Below, one piece after another: positions 11,602-26,100 of a stretch of 64,000 nucleotides of DNA. Each line of letters starts with the position of its first letter. The first letter of the stretch is position 1. The notes under the pieces are model-generated. The model searched no databases, was not told where the DNA came from, and worked only from the letters and a program-made list of their open reading frames with translations. Made by a program: the position numbers and the translations under genes. The stretch is from Tubulanus polymorphus. Taxonomy: Eukaryota; Animalia; Nemertea. The stretch covers positions 18,855,653 through 18,919,652 of the forward strand of contig NC_134028.1 in assembly GCF_964204645.1 (NCBI RefSeq). Reading direction: 5' to 3'.

Positions 11602-14056
11602 CAGTAATGAAATAATTTTTCACCTTGAATTTTATTTTATCAATCAGAGAAATCATTTATTTACGGATTCATAAGGACTAAAAAACAAAGCAAAAATATA
11701 TAAACAAACAACAACTGGAAAATAATCAAAATAAAAACGATTAAACATAATATAACAGTTGCCCAAAAGTTGATTAGAAAATTTGCTTAATTCTGATCAC
11801 CAGTCGGGGATGGGAAATTTTGTCTCCATTGAACGAAATGTGAATAATGTATTCTCATTTGAACGTAAACAACCTAGTTATGGGACTTGAATTTTAGTTC
11901 GAAATATGTGAAAATCCGAATATAAACCGACCCGAATTAAAAGATTTTGATGGACATGGTGACAATGCAATTATGATTGTTACCTGGCCCAAGTTTCAAT
12001 TATTAAAATCATCGTACTGTATTAGATACATGTTAGTGAGCTGTTGTCCATTTCTTTGATTTAATGTTATCAATTAACAGCACCCCTAGGGCTACAACAA
12101 GACGAAATCATTTTAGAAGGCACCTAAAGCCTCACGGAAAATTACCGTAATAAATGGATTTCGTATCCGTATCTCAATTCAATCAAGGGGGTTTTAAACC
12201 TATATATCTAATGCCAAAAATTCATAAAGACTATTTTTGCTAAGCACATAGAACTAAAATCAGCGCAAAGAACTGCGACTTACAATAGAAATGAACTGTT
12301 TATTATGATCATGTGAGTTTTCATCGATATCAGCCGAAATCATCAGTTTTTGTATATTCATACTTGATACGCATAAACGATACGTTGTTTCTCATACTCA
12401 GCTGGTGGTCATTTTTGTAAACTGCTCATAATCAGCTGGTGGTCATTTTTGTAAACTGCAATAAAATTTGAAATCTGTTCCTGCCAGGTCTGCTATTTTC
12501 ATTACCTTCATGGCAAAAAGTAATGGGGAGATGTGGAACAGTTGAGCTTATACCCGTCCCTGCCCACTACAGAGAACGGTAGACCATGTGTAAACTGTCG
12601 GATACATGTAGTTTGAGACCAAGAAAAACACTCCGACTTAAAAGTCCAACTTTGAATAAGCAACCGTTTGCAACCGTTTTCTGAAAACTACTTAATTACT
12701 CCTACGCGGAATATTAAATTAACATCTACAAATGATTTAAATACGGAAATAATGCGGGTTTATTTTCTATTCTAATACTCTAACCACAACCAATTAAAGG
12801 ACTGTTGATTGCGGTTTCATCGATTTCAAGCCAGGAACAGGAGTCGGAATCGGGAAGTTCAACGTGATTTTACTGATTTCTTATTGGGACCGATTGAAAG
12901 CAGAGGCGAGGTTCTGACTTAGAAAACCTTATACATTCAAAATCATATCACCCCTGGCCTGCTCTCAATTAGTTTTTTTCTCACATAGTTCACGTCGGAG
13001 TGCGTGGAGCGCCGCCTGTTCCATCTTAGTTTCTACTGTCTTTGGTTACACAGGCTTATCTGTGTTATTATTTCATATTAAGACAGAGTATTATGATAAT
13101 AAAAGACATCATTTTTTTATATGGAACATATAGTTTATTATTTTTTGTTCAAGGAAGTTCAGGGGCTGGACATTATTTAGTCTCTCATTGGTTCGGTAGG
13201 TTCACATTAGCGTTGTTGTGAGCAGGATTATCATCGACACATTCTAGACTGCATGGTTACCTGTTTTCTATCCAGAAATGGACAGGCAACTAGTCTAAGT
13301 ATATTCTAACCATGTGAGGTCTCTCAGGCAAGAAAATGATACCTTGTTTCTCATTAATAGTCAGATTAATTAACGGTAAAAATCGTAGAAGTAAAATGCT
13401 GCCGGCCGGGCATGGAGTTAAGAGTTCTTATTTTAATGATGAAAATAACCCGGGACAATAAGTAATATACATGGAAACTATTACTTGTTTAAAAATCAGA
13501 TGCCGAATAGCGTGAGCTCGGGATTCGAAACTACTACAACGCTAGTTCTAGTCTTGTATCTAGCCGTTGTTCTGGAACCCGTAACATCGACTGGTATGCA
13601 GACTTGTCCGTCCACTCCATGTGCATCATTACGACTAAGTCGAAATGATTGTGTGTATTTCTGTTAGCTAAGGGGGCAAACGAACAATTATAACTTGAAT
13701 TATTTGTCAAAAAATCATTGTATTGAAGTTGTAATATAAAAATCATAATTAGTTTGTAGAGATAAGGTAACTTATATTTTGTTCGTGCGAATGGCGATGA
13801 TTTTTGTATTGGATTTGGAGAATATGTTTTCATTAACTTTTAGATTTTTAGTTCATAACAATTCATTAGTATTTTCACGAGATTGAATCATAACTTCCCA
13901 TTCTAATGGCGTTTCTTTGATATCTATCAAAGTTTATTCGTAGCCACGGGAAGTAAAAGCAACGGTAGTTAGGATTAATCCAAGGTCTGGCAGCTTAACT
14001 AGGCGGAGTCTCTTGCTTATTGTTTCCACCCTGGCTTTTTAGAAAAATAGTTGAAT

Positions 14057-15769
14057 AGTTGACGTATCCTCGAAAATTGGGAAAAATAGGAAGTTAGGAA
14101 TGATCCAACATCTGTTGATCAAACAAGACCTACAGTCCTAGCGAGGCAGTGGAGCTGAGAGATTTCCCTGACCTACACCGACTTAATGCTAGCACAGAAA
14201 GTCTCCCAAGATCTATTTTTTGGTTAGATTAACGTGTGTTGCCTCAACTCAAACGAATGTGTCTGTGTGTGATACCCATTCTATCTCGAAATCATGAAAT
14301 GAGATTTAGGTTAACGGGCGGTGAAACTCCTCGATTCTGATAGAGCGATGAGGTTTATAGAGCTGGGTTTTGTGAATAACTGCACTGGCGTGCCTTTAGT
14401 TTGAATTTGTATTTTGGATATGCTGTCTGGTCAAGACTTGGTCTTAGTGATTCACTATCCTATGGAAGTCAAATCAGGGATATCAGGATTGTCACAATTG
14501 GCCGATAGAAAACACAGGGTGCCAACGACACCTTGATTCCTTGAAAACTCCTAAACCAAAGTCCTTGAATATCCTTGAATTTGAACAAAATGCCCAAAAG
14601 TTCATGAAAACTCCTTGATTTTTGAGAAATTGGCAATAAGAAAATTTTTAGGTTTTATGACTGACAGCAGTGGCGGTTCAAGTCATTGGCTGACCAGCAG
14701 ACCCGTGCGTCCTCTATGAAAAGTTGACGTATCCTCGAAAATTGGGAAAAACAGGAAGTTAGGAATGATCCAACATCTGGTAATCAAACAAGACCTACAG
14801 ACCTACTGTACTATTTACTATTTGACAAACAGTAAGATTTTCTCAAAACCATATCCTGTACTTTTAATTTTTCTTTATTTAGAAATTTTCATTAGAAACT
14901 TTTTTAAACATAAATAAAGGCCGGCCTGATGGAAAATGAATCATACTTTTTAATGGAAAAAAATAAAGATAAAATGCTGCCTGTCTGGTCACTTTTGTGC
15001 ATACAGTTTTCCTTTATTAATGAGAAACAATGCATCATTTTTGTGGCCTTACTATTCGAGTCAAACTATCGCATCTAATCACTCAGAACCACCTTTTTCA
15101 TCCCGGTTTTTCGTCCTTTCAGTGGTGTTCTCACTTGGGCAGAGCATCGGGGCTTGGTTATTGGAACTAGACCTAGTATAGCCTCGACGCGACGCAGTGG
15201 AGCTGAGAGATTTCCCGGACCTAGACCAACGTAATGCTTGCACAGAAAGTCTCCCAAGATCTATTTTTTGGTTAGATTAACGTGTGTTGCCTCAACTCAA
15301 ACGAATGTGTCTGTGTGTGATACCCATTCCATTTCGAAATCATGAAATGAGATTTAGGTGGCGGTGAAACTCCTCAATTCTGATAGAGCGATGAGGTTTA
15401 TAGAGCTGGGTTTTGTGAATAACTGCACTAGCGTGCCTTTAGTTTGAATTTGTATTTTGGATATGCTGTCTGGTCAAGACTTGGTCTTAGTGATTCACTA
15501 TCCTATGGAAGTCAAATCAGGGATATCAGGATTGTCACAATTGGCCGATAGAAAACACAGGGTGCCAACGACACCTTGATTCCTTGAAAACTCATAAACC
15601 AAAGTCCTTGAATATCCTTGAATTTGAACAAAATGCCCAAAAGTTCTTGAAAACTCCTTGATTTTTGAGAAATTGGCAACAAGAAAATTTTTAGGTTTCA
15701 TATGACTGACATCAGTGGCGGTTCAAGTCAGTGGCTGACCAGCAGACCCGTGCGCCCTCTATGAAAAGT
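14057..15769 (+). repeat. Local tandem duplication (A 14057-14135, B 14146-14724, A' 14722-14800, spacer, B' 15194-15769)
   Basis: B and B' (about 575 bp) are nearly identical, as are A and A' (about 79 bp), by direct comparison. Confidence 0.9.
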
Positions 15770-15996
15770 ATGAGAATCTACAAACATTTGGCAGAATGGA
15801 TTTCAAAGAAAACCATCCCAAGCAATAACAGACATCCAGATCTACCAAACTTTCACGGCGATACATCCAGTAACGACTGAGCAGTCGGTACAACAATTTG
15901 GTAATATTACGTATTATATAAGATATCTTTATTTCACTCAGTATAACAGTAAACGTAGTCGTATTTGTTATGTGCATATTGTAATTTTAGATACTA

Positions 15997-16175
15997 TAGA
16001 GGAATCTCGTTATAACGAACTCGGATACACCGTCACGACTCATCGGATATAACAAATATTGAATTTCGTTCAAAATAAGACAATTTGATTAATTTCATAC
16101 TGGATATAACGAACGATCGGTTATAACGAACACATTTTCTGGTCCCGTGAAGTTCGTTGTAACGAGGTTCCACTG
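15997..16175. mobile_element. Tc1/mariner(pogo/Tigger)-type MITE
   Basis: TIRs TAGAGGAATCTCGTTATAACGAA / TTCGTTGTAACGAGGTTCCACTG flanked by TA; ATAACGAA subrepeats. Confidence 0.75.
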
Positions 16176-17118
16176 TATACATGTATATTCAATGGAAATT
16201 TCGTTTTAAGGAATCGGCAAATTTCTCTGTCTTTTTTTGTCATTTGACGTGTAACACATACTGCCGACGAAAAACTGTTTTAAGGGGTTTTCGCCGCGTT
16301 ATATTTTACAGTGAGTACATAGGCATGTGAATTTTCAGCCGCGTGCATTTAATTGATGACCAATGACGTCACTGTGACGACACGTGAATAATTTGTATAT
16401 GTGTCACTGTGGATATGTATGCTTATGCTTGATTGATGTGACTTTCTATGGAAAATCACTGAAAAATGCGGCACATTGTTGACAGCTGGCTATCTCTTTT
16501 TTTATTCCCGGTATATACGAATGTAAGTTAAAATCCCCTCAATTGAAATCTCCATGGTGTCGAGTTCCATGAACGGATAGAGGTTCGTTTGTATTGATTA
16601 GATATTTTAAGGCCATCAAAATATACATCGCGTACCTCAAAATGAAAGCTACGATAAAGAAGTATCTTGTGGCTACGTCATCTTGAATATATTCATTTAA
16701 TTTCTGGAAGGAATTAGTTGTTGACGAGTTACATTGGAATTTTATTGAACTCATACGTATTTACATATAAAACTTCACCTATGATCGTTTCACGTTTAGA
16801 TAGCATGACTAAAGAAGAAATGGTACAAATATGATTTTGTTCCTACATGCGTGTGTGTAAAGGTAAACATAAAGACAAATACATGAATATAGTATTTCGA
16901 AGGATTATTTGAAGTACGGGCTTTTGCTACTAGTGGTGCAGTAGCGTCAACAGGTAAATGAGTGAGTGTGTTAAGATGAAAGCGATTTTCCTATTTGGCG
17001 GATAACGCAAATTAAACGGGCATCGTTGATTTAAAGTCCGGTGTACGGTGTAATACTCGCAAATTAAACGGTCATATATACCGTTGATATAAAGTCCGGT
17101 GTATGGTGTAATACTGAT

Positions 17119-20100
17119 TTATACGTTAAGCGAAGTAGAACCATCGTTCATGATAACAGTGCGCCCCTCTGAAAGATCCCTGAACGAGGGCATGTACGTT
17201 ACTGATTTCCATCGTTCTCTCAATAGTTCCAGGAATAGTCTCGGTAAGGTATATATATTGTGGTTATTACGCAAATCCACCCATCTCAGTTGCGGGAACT
17301 GATTCCTGTGTTGCAAGAACTGAAAAAGATCGAATTCCAAGAATCATGTGAATTCAGATATTTCAGAAAATATACATATATTTCAGTGTGCATAAGATAC
17401 TCAACAATTATGGTTTAAAGAAGGCTAAAAGATAAATTCTCTCTCATTTTCCCGAGCAACTTTCTTGCCAGTAAATTTGGTATTTTTGCGTCTAATGTTG
17501 ACTGCGGGTCGCAGAGAACCGCGTGAGGCGACGAATCACAGGGGCTGGCTCACATTAAAAAAGTTTGGTTTTCTCGCGCGAGAATTCAAAGCTTTTGGTT
17601 GACATATCAGTTTTTCGCGTGTGATTCAAAAGGTTTTGTTTTTCCGCGAGAGAAAACCAAAAAATGGGCCTATGTTAACCAATTCATTATCTAGCCTCTA
17701 GTCGTTCAGAAAAATTTTTCAAACCAAAGTATAGAATTTTCACGTGGGAAAACCAAACTTTTAGAATTCACGCGCGAGAAAACCAAAAATTTAGAATTCT
17801 CGCGCGAGAAAACCACAAGTTTTGAATTCTCGTGCGAGAAAACCAAAAGGGGCCAATGTGAAAATTGTCTACTGTTCCTCTAACCGTATACAGAAATTCT
17901 TTTTAGATGTCCCGAACCAGTCACCACAGAGCTGTAGCTTGGAGTAATTATTTCAAATGAGGGGCCTACTGCAAAACGATGATGTCAAATCCAGATACTA
18001 TTATTCTATAAACCCTGGATTTAACACATTATCACTTTCGCAGTACCTACAACCCATGATACTGACCCTTGTGCAACGGGTGGCTGTATATCCATTTTCC
18101 GGCTTGGCTTTTCCTACCACCCAATCAGCCAATCTTTTTTCGCCTAATCGTGTTCGCACGTTTTTGATTTGTCCTCTGTTGGGGAAACGTTGTCAAATAC
18201 TTTCTTACCTGTACAAATCTAGATATAATCCTGGTATCAAGCCTGTTGCCTTGTAAGCCTATATACTGTAAATGAGGTAATTTAGCCAGTTTAGGGAACA
18301 GTACGTGCACTGTATCATTGGTTATGCCTGTATATCCTAGCTCAACGCGGGTTATCCTGGCAGAGAAAAGACGAAACAATTATTAGATATCATGCATCTG
18401 CGAGTTCAATATACGATATTTACCCCAGCAATCTAGATAGAATCGAAACTCTTCTCATCAAGAATAGGCTATCATGTTACTTTACAAAAATAATGATTAA
18501 TTGCCAGACGTGCACATCGATTATGTTCCATGGCTTCAATGATTAAAAACAACATTTAGCAACTTAAACGCAAAACGGCACCAGACGAAACAGACGAGAT
18601 GAATTCTGATTTAAGTGTATATGATTTAAGTATAAGTGGTTATAAACGCACAGATTATTTTATGAAAATAACACCCAAGAAACAGGGACTATATGATGTA
18701 TGACACTACAATTGAAATATAGCCTATTTAGCATTGAACCGATGCTAAGAATGCTAGAGGGATGGATTGACTGGTGTACCATACGAAAAGCAAATTTCAA
18801 ATTCAAATTGAAATATATTTCACTAAAAACATTCAAAACAGCCAAAAAATGTCTCAATAATGTTTGCACGATTCCGTACAACAAGGCGTCGCCTGATTTT
18901 CTAAAAAAAGCAATCACGTAACGATACATTCGAATATTCGCAAAGAACTATTGAAATGAATAGGTTAGTCTACGTCAGATAAAAAAGTCATCCCCCTTTG
19001 GAGACTTTCACCTTAGTAAAGACCAACTGTCTGATTTCCGACGGCAGATGCAAAATAAGTTTCGAGATTCAACGAATATTTCATGGAATCACAATTAGAT
19101 CTACGCAGAACGTGATTAAATAGAATCATACAATCACGCAACCCCGGTTAGGAATGATTAAGACTTACGTATACAGGGAATAGGGAATGAAGAAACTAAT
19201 TTCTTTTTTAAATAATGTTCGGTCCCGTCAGAATACTGGCTCTCGTCAAAAGATTGATTCGTGAATATAGGAAATCGGAACAAATCCTGTCTAAGATATT
19301 TCAATGAACCGAAAAACTTACTGCCGTTTTGCCTCAGGGGCGAATTCAATAATGTTTTAGCATTTTTTCTAAATTATACAGTTTCAGTGGGTATTTTTAG
19401 TACATAAAGGATTATGATAAAATATGCCATCAGACGAAAAGATTTTTTCGGCTAACACCGACACGAACAGGTAACAAACTGTACTGAAATATTATGAAAA
19501 AAACCGCCAGCACGATGCAGATAATTTCATAGAGCATCAATGGACCAAAACCGTCGAACTCCTGCCCTACATCATGTTCGCAAATTTATCATTTTCATAT
19601 TCAAGTTCAATAGAAAGAAAGACTTAGAACTACCTTATTGCTGCAGTACAATTTGTACTGCAGGCTTTCAGTATACATTTTAACACTCCTTTTTACCAGT
19701 TTCTCTGGGAGAGAGCCCTGTTCACGGGCGTCGCGCCGGCAGCGCTCGCACTTTCGGCTTCGCATCCGATTAAAGGTTTTTTTTCAGAAATGCGCCCCCT
19801 TTCAAAATTCCTGGATCCACCCCTGCAGAACATAATAATAACGTCGCTAACAAACTTTACGCACGCTAATAAGTGAATCTAAATGATGGCTGAAACGAAG
19901 AAAGGTAACTATGCAAGTTATCAGACCAAATTATCGCGTGAATTGTAACAGACACGGTTATATCCAACGTTGTATATCATGTATTTTAAACACATTCAAA
20001 CTCCGTAGCACGTATCAAGGGGATTACAAATCAGCTGAAATGGTACATGTCAACAAGTCATCATTTTAGTTGTGGTTAGTGTATTAGAACAGAAAAACCC

Positions 20101-23100
20101 CGAAATGCTTCATCGTTTTAAAATCAAAGTTCAGACCTAAGTAAGATTGACCAAAATACCCCCGGCGGGACTCGAACCCGCAACCCCCGGCTTAGGAGGC
20201 CGATGCCATATCCATTAGGCTACGGAGGCACATGACCGATTATAGTGGAACCATGTATGTCTAATCGTTGATATATTAAGTGAAATTCTGTAAATAAGCA
20301 AGTTTTTAGGCCTATGGTGCTTTTTTGGCTTTAAAGTTGCATTCGGACATTAAATTTATGGCATGGTCACACTTCCTAACACTTTTTTGTTTCATCATCT
20401 TTATTCCTGAATAAAATTCAATATTACAGAAATAAACAAAAACGTGTATGTAAAAATATTTATCATTACAGCAGGCCTATACAATTCTAATACAACAGCA
20501 ATGATACCAACAAAAGCCGAAGCTTGAATACTGAAGGAATCTTAAGAAAAAAAAATAATGAATGATAAAAGGAAGAGTTACTTGATTAATATGGTTAATA
20601 CCCTTGTAATGAATATTTCTTTCATTGATTTTTTGAAAATTTTGAGATAAGCAGATGTGAATATGGGTGCGTTCACACGACGAAATTTAGACCGGTCTAA
20701 ATTTGGTCCGGTCCAATTTAGACCGGGCCAAGCGTTCACACGGGCAAAAATACCGTTCAAACGGTCTAGTTTAGACCGGTCTAATTTGGCACGGTCTAAA
20801 AGAGCGAACCAGGTCCGGTCCAAAATTTGTACCGGTCTAAATCTATATGTGTGGACAGAAACTGGTACCAGGTCCGGTCTAAATCGTAATTCTGAATCTC
20901 TGCGGTAGATGTCACGACCTCTGCGGTAGAGTGTGAGTCCAGTTTATTAAGTTGTAAATGCTTTAGTTACCGTTTATGTGATTATTTTTACTAAGTACTG
21001 TTTTTCCTCTCTATATTATGGAAATGTTTGAAGCATATTCGTATATGTCGTGATCATCATCCATTTTACTTCCGTGTTTTGAACCGTGTTTAAACGACAC
21101 TTGGAGTTTCGAGGTGATAGAGTAAAATCGAATTCACAAAAATGTCTAAACCTGACAGAGGATCGAATTGGTCAAATGAAGAATGTCATGCATGCTCTAT
21201 TTAGAATCTGGAAGCAAGACTTCATCCAGGCCCAGTTAACTATTTAGCAGACGGCGACAGCTTGTGGGCCCATACAAGCGATTGTATCAACGCGTGTCAA
21301 AACGCCGCGTGAACGCTCACCAAAATTTGGTCCGGTCTACATCTGGACCGGACCAGGTACGGACCCATTTAGACCGGTCTAACTAGTCGTCGTGTGAATG
21401 TTAGGATTTAAAGTACCCCTATGAACATTTGTAATCAAATATTATGCCGAGGTATCCACAATCGTTGACATCCTCATCCCTTTCATTTCCATCTATATGA
21501 AAGGTTACACGTAACATGGACAACGCAGCAGTAAGTTTTTGGCGCCCTCTTAAGACGTTACCGTACATAAATGAGAACCGTAAAAACTTTTCATAAGCCA
21601 CTACGAATGAGAGATGTTAAACAGTCACACAAAACGTCATCGAAACATGTCCATTGTAGTTTACAACCAGCAGTTAGAAGCAATTAACTCACTTTAATAC
21701 TGTAACCTTCGAGGCACTACACTCGTGCTGGTTCAAAGCAATAGTGTGCTGCAAACATGAAACAGCTGCTTCTTTCCTATCATTCCAATAGGCAGCAAAT
21801 TTGATAATGACCAATCATTACAATTAATATATAACCCATGGATTGACACCTAGTGAAAAGTTATAACATTTACTTAATGACAGCTGACATATTATGGGTG
21901 ATGCCTAACTTTAATATACGCCAGTCTTATAATCATATCCATGATAGTGACCATGGTGTCCCTGGACCCCTAGTTACATGAAAAATCAAAATACACAAAA
22001 CTCCATGTCACATTTTACCTACATGTATATATTACTACATTCTCCATTTTTCCACCAGGCGCCAATATTTACTAAGTAAGTTTTTCTCGTTCGGTTTATT
22101 GAGAAATCTTACAGAGGGTTTGTTACTTTTCAAGAATGGCATTCTATACCCAATTGATGTTTGACGAGACCCAGTATTCCGACGGGATTGAACAATTCCC
22201 ATAGAGGATGCAAAAATATAATTGGATTTCTTCAACTTATTCTCAATGGGTCGATTCTTCACTGACTAACGTATATGTTTAAATGTTCTACAGAAATTTG
22301 GCTTACTCTCGTTGAATGAAATCTTTCGCGCAAAAACCCGCAAAAACGAGCGCAGAAACGAACCTTCGTCTCTGCACCTGTTTCTGCGCGTTTTTGCGCG
22401 GCCATTTCTCTTTTTTGCGCCGCGTTTCTGCGTCCGTTTCGTTTCTGCGCGGTAATATTTCTGATTTTACCACGTGGTGCAGTCCAGGGGCAACGTTTTC
22501 TAAAGTTCGACAATTCATTCTAATCGTAGCCTACTAAAGAGCTCTTCCTTTCCCTTACTTTGACCAAGCTGGGCGTATCTGTTCCCGAAACCGAATGTTT
22601 CTGACTGTAAATTGAAAGATTGGTAAAGTAAGATTATTTTCAATTTTAGTAATTGTTAACTCAAACATTTCAACGTACTAGTTACCGCCTCGACGTCAAT
22701 AAGTAAGAATAAATTTCATTTGAATTTGTACATTTGCAAATGATACAATCAACTGGCTTTCATCAGAGAATCAATAAACCATCGATTTAAGGAAGTTTTA
22801 TTGAAAAAAAACCTAAAATCAATAAATGGGATACCAGCATGGCTACAGCGGCAAGCGATGATCTACTAGGATCGCTAGTGGCACTGGGTTACCGTGCTTA
22901 AGTTCCTGCTTCACTTCAATGAAATTCGAATCAACTTTTCTCATTAGTCAATCAATTGTTAGTGAGAAAGCTGATCTTGTATGTATTCGATAATTTTTTG
23001 TTAATTTTCGAATTTGGCCTCGGGACTGTATCACGTGGTAAAAACAGCAATGTTACCACGCAGAAACGAAACGGATGAAGAAACGAAGGCGCAAAAGGCG

Positions 23101-26100
23101 GGGCGCAAAAATGAGAAATGACCGCGAAAAAATGCGCAGAAACGGGCGCAAAACCGAAAGTTCGTTTCTGCGCTCATTTTTTGCGCGGTAAATTTCGTTT
23201 TTGCGCAGTGAGGAAACGGACGAAGAAACGGACGAAGAAAATTTCTCGTTTTTGCGCGGCGAAAAACGAGAAATGACCGCGCATAAACGCGCAGAAACGA
23301 AGGTTCGTTTCGGCGCTCGTTTTCGTAATACCGATATACAAAGATCAGCGCCCCTGGTGGATACTTACGATTGGTTTTCCTCTAGAAATTGTATCACTTT
23401 GTCCAAATTTATTTGTCTGAGGTATAAATCTACTCCTGATAAATCGATCTCTTCCACATCAGGGCCTTCGGGAAATTTACCTCGGATCTGAGGGGGTGTA
23501 ATGTGGGTAAGTAATTTAGAACATTGTACGGCCGCTTGGTGACGCCAGTCTTCGGGTTGGTCTGTAAGTAACGACTCTAAATTGAGCACCATATCTCTCC
23601 CAGATTGGTCCATAATAAAAGCAGCCGGCTCACTCGTCCCTGGTGATGAAGATGCCAAGCCAAACAACTGGAAAATGCAAAAATCGTGAATGTGCATTTG
23701 GCCTTTTATGCAATTTATCGAAACATCACATAGATTGTTCCAAAGCAGAATCTTCACGCGATAAGTCCCGAGATTTTTGTTGGCTTATAAATATACATTT
23801 ATGTTATTTCTATTGGAAATTAAGAAAAGCTGTGACCTTTTGTTACTAGGCCTAACGTAAAATATTGACGAATATTTGAACACAAAACAACCTCGGTCCA
23901 TTTATTTCTCGTTTTATTTACGGTGTATGTCAGAACCGTTATCTCTGCAGTAATGGATCCAAGCTACAACATTTCTATCATTAGCCGCGATCACACGAGC
24001 ATTTTTGTCCCGGGCCAAATTTGGCCCGTGCCAAATTTGGCACACTGTTCACACGGGTGCCAAATGGGCCCAAGCCTGATCCGTACCAATTTTGCCCGGG
24101 CGAAATCGTCTCCGTGTGATCAAGGCTTATGACTGGGAGTCTTGTATCAGATACGGTTGTCATTCTGATGATTGTAATACCGCGCAGTAACTGTCTTTTT
24201 CCGAAATGAACCCCATGACCGATGTGTGATTGGCAAACTATATGTACTATCCAGATTGTGCCTTGTCTACAACCACTGGCTAGAACGAACGGCATATTCT
24301 CTCTCTATGGTAGGGAAAATAACTCGATCACTGGTTACATTTCATTAGTTCTGTTAACAACCCTTGTAATACCGATAATGGTGAACGAGATAAGAGTATG
24401 ATGGTACGCAGACGTACAAAGTATATGATTAAGTCATCGTTGAGTGTGTACTATTGTACAACTGAATAAACCTCATTGTCTCTTGGCTCCATAATCGGTT
24501 AGTTAATTCATCGTATTACAGAGACCGGAGATGGACGTGAAATCTAATAGCCGAGTGACGAATTGATATAACAAAACATACAACAAAAGGAAACTTTGCA
24601 TCGATGTTAATTACGTGTACGGATATACGAACCAGACATATTTCGTAAGACGAATCGATTATCATTATTCGATGACATATGTCTATTATAACAGTCATAC
24701 TGTAAATATCAACGAGTGCACGAAGGAAGACCGTTCTTCCGTTGGAAACTCTCGATATAGACACCTATATGTGATATCTATAATCGATTCATGAACATTG
24801 ATCAGAAGAAATTCAGATTAAAGACGGCTGTCATGGAACTAGCGACTTCCTGATGACGTCTGAACGCGATTTCTATAGATTCGGTCATATTGAATGGCAT
24901 TCTGGAATAAAATCACCAAAAGTGACGTCAAAAATCGTGGGTAGTCGGTGTTAGCTTTTAGATACCCGTTGCGATCTAAAGCTGATCGAGGCACAGACCC
25001 GTATCGGGAGTGTTCCCACGCAGAGCAGCCATGTAGGCTAATCACGTCTCATAATACCCACGATTTATTGGACCCAAATCATGCAACTAATTTATAGACC
25101 AGAAAATTCCTGACCAACTGCTAATCAGTACCGAGTAAGAGAGATCGATATTTATTGATTGATCAGTTATTGGTGGTCAATAACATCATGGACTGTAAAA
25201 CGAATTTGGAGACCATGGTAACAGCTTACACTTATACTAATCAGCCTTGGTTTCTCACTTCCTATGGTATTCAACTCTTACACCCTGTCTTACACTACCG
25301 GTACCAGAATTACAATGCAATGATCTCAAGATCTTATCAAGATTATATAATCATATACTCTAATCGCTTCCAATAATCGCTTGCACATTCAAATGTTTCA
25401 GTTTTGCTTTCCTGCTATGTGGATGAGAAAAATTAACTAAGTTGTTCTCGGCTTAAACGACTTACGCAGTATTCAATTCACTATTCTATCATTTTGGAGA
25501 ATTGAAATATTGGGTCCGGACACATATAATTGGAAGTTGTCGGAGGACTTCTGCATTCTTTTTACCCTTTGACCCGCAGGCACCGCAGTATCCCGGAAGA
25601 ACTTGTTCCCATACTCTACAGTGGACCAATTTTCTCATAAGGTATGGGGATTAATGATCATGGAAGGAAAGATGATGGTCTATTGCCTTTAACTCTACCG
25701 TCTACAGTTTTCGACTGATCTTCTTTTGAATTAGGGCTGACGTTAGGGATGGAAGGAGGATGTGCTCTACTGTTTTTAACCTATTTAGGTTCCCTAGCTA
25801 TCTCAACAGCTAAATCCGTGTGTGAAATGTGTATTTTGGGCCTTAATCCCGCTCAACAGTCTATGTGGGCTGATCTTATAACTTTGTATTTGGGTTCGAG
25901 GAGGAAGGAATATTAGCCCTATGTTTTACTGATGTAGTTCATTCAAGTCCATATTTATGTGTAAGGCATTAGTGACATAGTTCCCGTTCTACAATGCATA
26001 TACGGTATTCTACAGTTTTACACTAACTTTTTTAAGTAGAGTCTATCATTTCTCCCGAACGGTATTGCTAGTGTAGCTTAAGTTTTTTCTTCGCGAAAGT

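Noticed and set aside
12392-12459. Short tandem duplications (34 bp here; also about 2814-2863 and 17027-17115) as CRISPR-like repeats
   Set aside because: Only two adjacent units without unique spacers, in eukaryotic DNA; ordinary slippage duplications.
21419-21520. YLGIIFD peptide on the minus strand suggesting a LINE RT C-terminal fragment
   Set aside because: A single short motif, insufficient to annotate.
20578-23491. ORF-track entries over palindromic repeats (20578-20908, 22259-22537, 23201-23491)
   Set aside because: Artefacts of GC-rich MITE subrepeats; not protein-like.
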